Origin: Antedon mediterranea
Taxonomy: Eukaryota > Animalia > Echinodermata
Length of the DNA stretch: 64,000 bases
Direction of reading: 5' to 3'
Assembly (NCBI RefSeq): GCF_964355755.1
Contig: NC_092677.1
Coordinates: 27,267,175-27,331,174 of the forward strand
Below are positions 27,501 to 39,500 of this stretch, piece after piece (position 1 is the first letter of the stretch; every line of letters begins with the position of its first letter). The notes beneath the pieces are model-generated. The model saw only the letters and a program-made list of their open reading frames with translations. It did not search any database and had not been told where the DNA came from. The position numbers and the translations under genes were made by a program.

Positions 27501-30500
27501 ACTGAGTGTTCTTGTTATGAATTGATTTTGAACTGACTAGGTTGCTTTATGTAATTGTCTTTTTTAATATCAAAATTTATACCTCATTGGGTCAAGGAAT
27601 CATACAATAAATATTTCCTTATGATGAATTTTTTTTAATTTTATTCATACGCATCCAACAGCGAACTCACCAATTACAGAATAGATAAACTATTTTATAA
27701 TTTATTGTGTCTATTTTATAAGTCTCATTTGAGGCTTAGGGAGTGGAGTTGAAAGAGTTACAACTCTGGCACTAGGTCAGGATTGAACCCTGTACCTTGG
27801 CACGTTAACCACCACTACTATCTTTATTTAAATGTGTTCGTTCAATTGGGAAGAAAAACTTTTACTATTATCTCTTCCTTTTTTTAAAATAAAATATAGT
27901 TTTAATTATGGTAGTATATTTTCTAATATTGGAATGTTTTTATTAGAATTAAACTTTTTAAACACTTGCTACACAACATCTTATAAAGAATATTAAACTA
28001 TGTAAATCCCCTTTTTTTTAGTTGGGGAAAAAAATTGCCAAATTGCTACATTATAATTATGAATTAGTCAGCAGTAATTTGTGTAATTTCTTCACGTAAA
28101 TCATGTGCCTGTGCGGTGGAAGTAATACCTTATATATTGGATGAGTTGTCTAACTGAAAACATTCATATCCATACACTTCTACATTGTATGTCTCAAGGG
28201 GGTTAGTATCTGACAAACTAACATAAACCATGCTGGGGTGACCGCCGGTAGTGAGTGGTTTTGCAAAATAAACACTCGTCATGGCGATAGAAAGGGAATG
28301 TCAACAAATGTTATTACTGCAGTAAAAACATTAATGTAGGCACATTCTCTAAATCAATCAGAGCTACACACTCTTTCCTATGCGACTAAATAAAATGTTC
28401 AAATCTGGATACTAAAGATCATATGTTGGTAGATGTAGACATATGATCACAATGTTTTTATTTTTATTACAGTTTAGAGACAAGTCTCCCGGAAACGGCC
28501 ATATAGTTTTATAGGCTAGTTGCTAATAAAGTGGCCTCCCCCTTAAGTAATCACAAAGAACACATACACACGTACATGCATGGTAATAAAAAAAAAGTAC
28601 TTAATATTCCAGTATCAACATTATGCTCTATGTGCACTATAAAACTAGTTTGACAAAAAAAAGTATGATGTGTCAATATATGGTAGTGATATGACATCGT
28701 CATGTCCATATATGGGCACATCACATTTTTTTGTCACACAAAGTTTGATAGTGTAGACAGAGCTTTAGACACACCTCATAGACAGTCAGCTTACAGAATA
28801 ACCCCAGGGCTGAGTGTTGCCTAGGGTTTATATGCCTGGCAACTCTGTACTTCCTACCATGGTAATTAATACATTTAATGGAGCATGTTGATAAGAAGGC
28901 TGATACCTATTTATTTAATTAAGTATTGGTCGGTATAACTTTTACCAACAAATTTTATATTAAAAATTAATTGCGGTTTCCTTAGATTATTTAGGCAGAA
29001 ATGACAATCATAATTATATAATTTATTTAATATAATTTGATATTTCATTATTATTATATTTGGCATGGAGAGTTAATCTCTAATATTTTGGATGTTTTGC
29101 CCAAAATATATTACTGTTATCTTCATCAGTGGCGTGGTTCCTAGAGACGTAATACAAGGATGTACACGCAACGCAAGCGTGTTGACTAATGACAAGGCAC
29201 TGTTCGAATAATTGATTACTTTTGATTGGTCAAATCACTTACGTTGCGTTACGTCCTTGCGTTGCGTCGCTAGTGGGAATCAAGCTGAAGAGCATTTTCT
29301 GATGTTCTGAATGTCTTGGTTTTAAAAGAAACCCAACATTAGTGTTGTATAGTCAGGTTTGAGATTTCCTGTGTAAGCAGCAGGTATTCTGCCGGTTCCA
29401 AGATACAGTTGAGAGCTTACTGATCTAATTTCCTATGTTTAGCTAACACTTAAAATGCAAGTTGACTGCATTTGCTTTGGGTTGGTACGTGTTCATCAAA
29501 AAATATCAGTTAAGACAGAAATAACGACAAAAATAAATGAAAACCATTGAACCATTTAATATGCATTGTCATTATCAAAACTAACCTCAATAAAAAGTCT
29601 TTTATTGGCCTATGTACTTTATCAGTAGTTTTGTCTCTCATCACCCAGGATTACAAATGGGTACTGGTAAGAGCTAAAAGATTTTTAATAATTTCTTTAA
29701 AGTGATAATGTACTCAGTTATCACCCAAGTGTCAAACAGAATCTGAGTCATTTTAAATGATGTTATTCATCATTAATTTAAAGTTACTTAATTTCTAAGA
29801 ACGCTCACTCTGACTTGATGTGACCAACTGTACAAAATGTATTAATTAATTTAATTTTTCTTTACTTTTTCTTATTTTTACTGCAGTATTTACATTTTAA
29901 TTTGTCTTTATACTTAGCTCGCAGAATAAATTGTCTCCTCATCCCGGGGGAAACCAAATCTCAGACAGTGGTTGCCTTCAGGGCAACAACAAAAATCTTG
30001 TTTGTAAAAGGTGTGCTGGGCAAATGTCACAACTGTACAACTTTGGAGGTTGTTAGTCCCTAGAATTACTTTCAAGTAAATTACTCTCAATATACTTTAG
30101 TATCAAGTATTTAGTTTTGTCAGAGAAGGTAAAAAAAAATCTGACCAATTACTTAGCTCCTTTATGCAAACACCACAACCCCACCACACCTAACTATTTC
30201 TTTATTTATTAAAGAATAGTTCAATTTTGGATTTAAGTAAAATGCTATTTCAGTTTGCCATCTCCTAGTTATAACCCTTCACATTGACCTTAATGTTAAA
30301 GGTTGTGAACCTTTCATCTAGAGGTGCCAAAGACTCGTACAATATCACATGACACCCAACACAATCCGATTTCTTTGCCTTCTTTATATCATCCCGCTGA
30401 ACACGGAGGAACTTCTTAATTACAGTGTAATCTTATCGACATGCTTAATGTAAGAACTTATACCTGTTGATTGAAACACTTCTACTGTTTTTTTTTATGC

Positions 30501-33500
30501 TGTAAGAATCTCACAAAGACCCTTGTAGTGATGGACATTTTGTGAAATAAAATTGCTTCAATTAATCTGTGTGTGTTTTTAATGTCAACAGATACTTCTG
30601 TTTTTTGTTGGTAGTTTATCTTTTGAAATCGCTTTGTTGCTCTTAATTTTCTGATCTAATTTGGTCTAAGTGTTTTTATTCTGTTTTATTTCTTCTTTTT
30701 TTTTAAATTAACATCTTTAAAAGGAATCTCTTTTCTGATACACACACAAGATCCTGTTTATGTTATCTTTCAAATCGCTTTGTTGCTCTTTAAGTTTCTG
30801 CAGGGAGTTGTTAACAACTCCCTGGTTTCTGTAAGTGTTTTTTCTGTTTTATTTCTTTTTATTTGAAAATAAACATCTCTTTTCTGTGATGCACACAATA
30901 TCCTAAATGATGAATTGTTTTTTATACTTTGCTATTATGGATATACTGTAGTAAGAGATAAACTTTATTTTAATGTAGATCATGGGTGTGACTTTTTTGT
31001 TATAGATTTATAAGAGCCATCATCTTTTTCTAATTCACAATACAATAAGATACCTGTATTGTACAATACTACGGTCTTAAACTACAAAATCAAATGCATT
31101 TTGAAAAGGTTAATAATATAGTATACTTTTTAATGGATATATTCTAGTAGGTAACAGGCAGACTTTGTTCTTATAGATAGGGACTTTTCTCTTATGGATT
31201 TATAAGAGCCATCATCTTTTTCTAATACATAATATATTCATAAAAAGGATATGGTACAATACTACAAGGCCTTAAACTAATTTACAAAATCAAATTAGAA
31301 AGTTAAAAAAACAACTGTATTTGTAGTACTTACCGTACCTTCAAAACAAGATCCACCCAATTCTTGTCGGTAGTTAGGCCATCTGCTATCAGCACTGATT
31401 AGATTACTCACAAGTACATCCTGCAGGAAGACAGTGGCACGCTTTGACGCTGCTTCACCAAATCCTTACCTCGTGGCTTTCATTTATTTTCATTTGCCTG
31501 TTTAATTTAATTTTTATTCTTCGTTCATGACTTTTTTTAACCAAATGAAATATGTCCGGCAAACTTGTTTAAAGGTTAAACATTATCTTGTGGATAATTA
31601 AATTTGAAAATTTGTAAAAATTTAAATAGTTTTATATTAAATAGTTACAAGTTATTATAGAAGTGGCTGTGAGCAATGTTTTTGGATATATTTGATGGCA
31701 CATTATAAATAATTTTATTATAGTACAAAATAAGAATAGAGTAGACATTCATTTGTACTGATTTTTTATTAACAAATATACAATTGTTTACAAATTGATA
31801 ATTCTTTCAAATCAAATAAATAGAAAACACATTTATTTTCCTTTAAATCTTTCTAATAAAAAAAAGTTTTAAAACAAATTATTTGAAAGCAAATAGAAGC
31901 AGGAGAAACTATATAAATGCAAAAGTAATGGTGACATGACAAATCCCAAATCATCTAAAACTCCAATACTCTAAAAACAACGTGTACAATTTCAGGGGCG
32001 GATCCATTGGTCGCTCACTCCCTTTCTTTTGACAGCCAAAACAAATTATGAACTACTTTTTGATATCTATATTTGACAGACTATTTTGTATATGTTAGCA
32101 CTCTGCTGGATCCGACCTGATTTACACAAGAACTTAAGTACTACCATCTTGGTAGTTAGTGTCGCCACTAACTGACCCCACAGGAAATATGTGAACTTCA
32201 GGGTGGGTTGATGCGTCAGCCTCATTAAAACAAAAGTAAAGTTCAACAACAATTATCTGATACTCACTAATAATTATTGAATCATTTGAAATAATTACTC
32301 TCTTAGGATTTGTAATTGACCATACAAATGAAAGCACTAGAAGGTTTGGCTCTGTGCCAGGTTAGACCATTCATGTCAACCTATCCTATATTTGACTTTA
32401 AATTATTAAATTAATACAAAACACATTAAAGCTTCCTAATTGTGTAAACATTAGTGGTATATTATATAACAAACCCTTCTCCACACCTCTTCCCCCCCCC
32501 CCCCCCCCAATAAAAATATACTGTTCATGCAACATCTTTTACCTTAGTAGTTTATGCCCTTTGGTCCACATACCACACAGTGATTCTACATACCTGTACA
32601 GTCACACATAAAACACATCAAAGAAACTAAAATGCAGCTGCGTATTACGTACATACACACGTAATACACATCTTATACATTAATATATTATATTTATAAG
32701 ATCTATACAAAAAAATATACATTGTTCTGTTTGGTGTTTGCTATTTATAATTTTTTACAAGTAAATTACTAGTTTTACAAATAAACTATTAAATCAAAGA
32801 TTAAAAACAAAGTGTCTGTATTTATCTTTTGTTTTATAACTTAATTTGGTCCCGTATTCTTTACTTTTAAATAATTTCCCTCCCTATAAAGCTCTGTCTA
32901 CACTATCAAACTTTATGTGACAAAAAAGTGTGATGTGCCCATATATGGACATGATGATGTCATATCAATACCATATTTCACATATTTGTTGCCCAACTAG
33001 TTTGTTTACTGATGCTAAGTACATATTTATTCCAGCATTCCATGAAAACTGTTTGTTTGATATGATGTATTGAATCGTGGTAAAAAGTATGGTACAGTCC
33101 CTTCATTATCACTATCCTCATTTTCCCTATTCGATAGGAATCGTGCAGTTGTTGCAAATGTCGCTGTATGTTGTGCTTTTATTGATCTGCACAGTTTTCT
33201 TTGTGTTGTGTCGTCGTTAGTGGCAACGGTGAACGCCATCTTTCTCTCCTCCATGTTAATGTTTATATGATCAGGTATCACCGGCGGTCTACTCGGACAT
33301 GGTGTATAATTATTTCCGTAGCGCATTGAAGAAGATGAACTAGATGAATTTGACGAATACCCACTGCACGAACTTAAATTTTTCCCACGACTTGGTTTAT
33401 TATGTCGTTCTACAATTGGGGGCGTCTGCGTATGTTGATGAACGAGATCAACTCGATCCAAATTGCATGTTTGCGTTTGTGCCCTGCGAAACACCGGCAA

Positions 33501-36500
33501 GTCATTATTGCAAACAGTCTTCGTGTGCATTGGTAGAGTATTGGAAACAACGCTTGGCTGTGTTACTTTAGTTATTTCAATCTTCTTCATAAGCTCTACC
33601 GGTGCGGGAGTAATTTTCACGGTTCGTAGATAATATTTCAGTAATCTTCGGCGTTGGATCATCAAAGCGATGATAAGTATCGAAGCGAAAATAAAAACTA
33701 AGATGGCGACTAAAACTGTGACAGTCTTCCAGTCAAGGTTAGCAATATATTCGTTTGTTGTCATCACTTCAACGCATTGGTCTCGTAAAATTGCCTCCCG
33801 CATTGTGATGTTTTTAAGAACAATGTTTACACAAACAGTGTACTGGGTTCGAGGTAGCAGACCCTGTGAATGAAACAGAATATAAACAAATTATTAAATC
33901 TCTCTCTTTCATTAAACGTTGTCAACAATATAGGAGGTTTTGTATATTTCTATGGCCCACTGTAAAATATATTAAAATACTATTTTTACTTAAGAAAAAA
34001 CACTTGAAAATTAATTTTCTTTTTAACTTATCAGCTACATTTAACAGACATATGTCAACAAAATTAGTATGTAGACACGAGCCTTTCCAATCTAAGCATG
34101 GTATATCATGTCTATACTTTAAAACAGAATCCAATTATGATAAAGTAAATTTTTGACAGAAAAAATAACTTGTCAAGCTAAAAAGAAAACATAAGTGAAT
34201 TTGTCCATAAAACACTTAAAATAATTTGTAAATAAATTATCTTTTAGTGAGAAAAGTTTCTGGTTAATAACTAGTAAATTCATTGTTAGGAGCTGTTTAC
34301 TGTTGATGGAAAAAGATGCTTTTAGAAGTAGTGAACATGTAATTTTAAAGTAAGACAAGTGCTCAGTATGTAAGCGTATGCTTAAAACGATTGAGCAATC
34401 TATCTGTGTTATTTACAGTAACCTGTTTCATATCAAGATGTTCATCATTTAATTGTATTATCTCTATCATCCAAATTAGATTTAAATCGTTTGTGGAATA
34501 CTTTCATTTCTATATTTGTTTTCCCTTCTTTTTCAAAATGTATCTTAATATTAACATTTACAATTTGATTTTGTTCTGACCCAATTTACTGTTGATAATG
34601 TCACTATGATCAGAAAAGAAATGACGTCAAATTTCCCAATCAGGAAGCCATAGATATAAGTAAAGAATACTATTGGAAAAATATCTTAACCATCAAGTAA
34701 TATGCAAAGGATAGTATTGAACAAGTGACAATAGGAATGCCTTGAAAATAACATTTCTCTGTTAATTTAAAACCAAAACCAAGAATCTGATCAGGGAAGA
34801 GATGACGTCACATTTCTCAATTATAATATTTCTTTTGCAGTAATTAATACATTGCAAAAGCTAAATTTAAAAAGTAAAGAAAAGAATTTTTTGAAAGAAT
34901 GTTTATGTTTTTCGATTAATATGTGTGTCCGTCAACCCAAAAAAAGTTAATTGTTGTTTAGATGATATATTGGAAACAGTCCTCTATACAGATCTAGTTG
35001 GTCTTTGAATATTTAATTAATTGAATTTATACCCAATATCTATACGATAAGAAAGATGATAAGCCTTATTACAAATTATCAATTGTCAGATTCACGCTGA
35101 CATATCCTTAGGCTAAGAAAGATGACGAAGGGAAGTGAATCGGTTTTGGAAATACTGGCGTCTGCAATGTTACGATGACCATCTGTACACGCTTACGCGT
35201 TTATCGTCCAAGATACTCGTCCCGTGTTCATATCATTCCCCCTGACTATTCAATCCTTATTTTCAAATTAATTCAAGAAGGATTCATTACTGATACTTGG
35301 GTATCTAAATTAGCAGGGATTTGTAGAGATGCTCAATGCCTTTTGGGAATCTGATCTCTTAATTGATAACTATGTTTGTTTACAACTTTGTTTTATTTTA
35401 GGATTTTGTTTGACAGAGATTTTGTAATTATTTCCAGGCTGTTAATTTGAAGTTGTAAATTCTGTCGTTTTTCGTTAGCAGACGATACGTATGTATCTGA
35501 TAAAAACTAACTTTTTGTATCAAATTTTAACAGTTATATAATTCCCTTGTTGATTAAATTGTGAGTTGTAGTTTGTTAAAATGATTGTAGGCTTTGGTTT
35601 GTGGATAAGGCTCTACATTAGGAAGGTGTGTTTTTAAATTCTAAATATCTTTCCATTGGTAAAAATTAACATGTTGTTGCAAATACTGTTACCTATTATT
35701 ATCTAATTTACATATTCAGTAGTTAATTTACATATTTAACAGATAATTTACATATTTAACAGATAATTTACATATTTTACAGATAATTTACATATGTAAT
35801 AGTCAATTTACATATTTGAAAATTAATTTGCATATTTAATAGTTAATTTACATATTTAAGAAGAGATAATATACATATTTAATAGTTAATTTATAGATTT
35901 AAGAAGAGATAATTTACATATTTAATAGTTAATTTACATATTTAAGAAGAGATAATTTACATATTTAATAGTCAATTTCCATATTTAATGGTTAATTTAC
36001 GCCTTATCTTTACGTTATGTCTTATCTACTTCACTTTCAATTTACCATCTTCTGTAATTGTCACCTAGTTATTTTCCTACATTTTTTTTTTAGAGAGCTC
36101 ATTTTAATATTCTCAGTACTCTGCTGATTTTTTACAGTGATATTTTTTATTTATTCTTTACGTGTCATAACTTTTTCTCTCTTGTCAATTATATTGATTT
36201 TTCAATCATCGTTTTTCGTTCTTTTTGATTGTTTTTTATCGAGGGTACTTCCCGCAATCATCAGTTTGAATTAAACCCCCTGACAGGGATATTTAACTCT
36301 AGATTTGTGGCGCTTAAGTCACGCCATTTTTGATTGATTTATTGACAGGCATTAAAAGGTACACAAAGTGTGCAAGTACGCTGACATTTTAATCTAATTC
36401 GTGATTAATGTGATATAAGTTGTAAAAAAATGTGCAAAAACTATTTATACTTTTGAAAAAGTGTTTCTTAGAGTATGTACTCTTAAATATTTTGTTTGCT

Positions 36501-39500
36501 TTGTTTTAGTTTTAAAAGTTTACTGAATTATTGCAATGTGTACGTGATTTACTTCCGTACACGTTACCGGAATCCTTCATCCCATTCAATAAAAGTTTGA
36601 CTGTTTTATTTCAAAATTGAATTCAATAAATCTGAAACAAGTCATTGTACTGCAACTGACAGCACATTGTCATACAGTTGGCTGCGTTCCCGTACATAGC
36701 TTTCAAGTTTGACATTTTTACCTTGTGACATTGCAGCCTGCGGGGCTCCCAATGGGTGCAAACATACATGTCAAGTAACATAAATAGCATGACATTATAA
36801 GACATTTTGATATTAACATATCACCATTTTTTTTGCACATGTTTTCAACAGCCGCCTTGGGTTTTAAAACATTTACCAGTTCCGCTTAAAACTTAGTGTT
36901 CTTATACTTTGTGTAGGCTTCTGTGCGGACAAAATGAAAGTTTAAATTGATTGAAGTTTGACTAAAAATTCTAATATAATTTCATATTCAATTTTCTATG
37001 CTCTATTTTAAGAACCAAGTTAAAATTATTCGACTGCAGTTACTGCAGTATCTACATTTGTTAGTGAGCTGCCTCTAATAGAAACACTACAGTATCACAA
37101 GGCATTTCTTTAATAGTACATTGGAAACTCTTTGAACATTGCACTAATACAATTGTTTTTAGGTTGTGTCTCTTTGTTCATATATTTTAATTATTTTATT
37201 AAGAAACAACTTATATAATTAGTTTGCACTCACGTTTATGTCAATGTTCAATATGGTAAATGTCGAAAATGTCATAAAACAAAGTTTAGTTAATTTAAAT
37301 ACCATGTGAAACAAGGCACCAAACAGGGCCAATCAAAGTGTTTGTGATATGTATACAGGTGGTGATGTGACACCTGTTAAGCCTCAGTTTAGGAGGTCAA
37401 TGTTATATTAATTACATATCTTCCTGGTATTTTTATAATATAAATGCCTCGTGATGTTTCGTCTCCATACTTTTTTTAAACTTTCGTTTTTACTTCTTTT
37501 TTTATGATTTTTTTCTGGGTCAAGTATAGGTCAGGTTTAATGTATTGATACATTTTATTGTGTTCAGCTGTTGAATATTATTTGACTACTTTAGCAAAAT
37601 TGGTTTGATCTTAACGCATACTATCTATTACTTGATCAAGGATTACTCTCAGGGGCTGATCCAATATTTTTTTAACCAGGGGGGAGTGTTTAAATATTGA
37701 TATTCTGTCAAGAATACAATGTCAAAATGTAGTCATTCATTATTGCAATGTGGATGTTATCAAAATAAGTAAGATTTACAAATACTTATACCCCAGACAC
37801 TTTCATAACCCAACAAATTACAACAAAAGGGGTTGGTGTCCTTGAATAGGCTGTAGTCTTGAAAATTGTACCTGTTTGTTTTCTGAAATGCTTTAATAAC
37901 CCGAGTGGAGGTGTTCCAAAATAAAGGTTCTTATTATTATTAAACATAACTTGGTAGTGGCTTACCATGATAGAATAGTTGAACACGTTAGGGTGTATTA
38001 ATTGACTATGCTTGGTGTATCCCTCGCCAAACATGTTATACTGTATCCGAAATCCAGATATGTCAATTGGTACTTTAGGCCCTGTCCACGATATTGTCAC
38101 CGAATCAGGTGACGCCCTTGTCATTGTCACATTCGATGGTGGTGGAAGTCGATGTTCGCAATTGTCACCAACGTAGAAGTGAGTGCACAAGCAACGGACG
38201 CCATGTTGCGTGTTATACGTACATCTTCCACCGTTGAGACACGGGTTTTGTAAGCAAGGCCTCAACAAAACCATCTCCATTGGAAGTTTTGGTTCGATCG
38301 TCTTAAAGTTTTGCAATAAACGTTCATGTAATTTTGGTATTTGAGTCACTTGTCGATGAAAGTTTGGCCATGGGTATGTGCTCTGAAAGAAATAAAAGTA
38401 ACAATAAAAATACTAATATAATTTATCAAATCAGATGGCTCTTCTATATGGTTATTTTTTCAGATTCTTTGTTTTTCTTTTCTCTTTTAAACACAAAATT
38501 GGTTGATGTTATCAAAGGAAATACTTTAATAGACAATACATTTGCTAATTGATAATTTCTTTATTGTCTTCCTGTTAATTAACAAGATAATTGCAACATT
38601 ATTGATTACATATTTATTGGGTTTTCCTTCTGTTTTATTAATTTCCAATTAGTGATATTAATTAGATTTAATTATTAATTGAACAATTGTCAACTAACCA
38701 CATCCAAGGAAAATATGCATTATATTTTAATCTTTAATTAAGAAAAGGAAATAAATAAATAATATGAAATTAATAAATTCTTTAACAATATACACTACTC
38801 AATAGCCATTTAAAGTTTAAAACCCAATTCTTCCTTAGGAACATTTTTCAATTATCAACTTTTTATTATAATTATGCATTTAATATTTGCCTTTCAAAAT
38901 TGCTTTCAAGGAGCTTTGTCTACACTATAAAACTTTACATGTGTTGTGCCCAAATATGGACATGATGATGTCATATTACTACCATATTTAAGCATATCAC
39001 TACCATATTTGGGCACATCACACTTTTTGTTATCAAACTAATTTGATAGTGTAGACAGAGCTTAAGTAATTCCAATGACTGTGAGTTTGAACGTCCCTGG
39101 CGTCTTATTCAACAACATTTGTTTGATCTCATTTCTATGATTGCTTTAAATCTTCCAATTCAGAACCTATACCTGTTGTATGTATCTTTGATTAATTTCT
39201 ATTATTGCATTAAATCTATATGTAACTTGTAAATACTTATACACTACAGTACCTGTTGTATGTATGTCTCACTTTTATACATACACCGTGACAGGTTTAA
39301 CTTGTTGTTACGATTCTTGCATTTTCATTTATTATATGACCTGATAACCTATCGTCACGGGCATGGGAAACTTACATAACACTATCAAACTACCTTATGT
39401 TATGCTTCTTCTTGACAGCAATAATATCCTTATCCTAACAAGATTATCTTCAAAGTATTTTTAACTGATGAGTTTTTATAATATAGAATGTATATATGTA

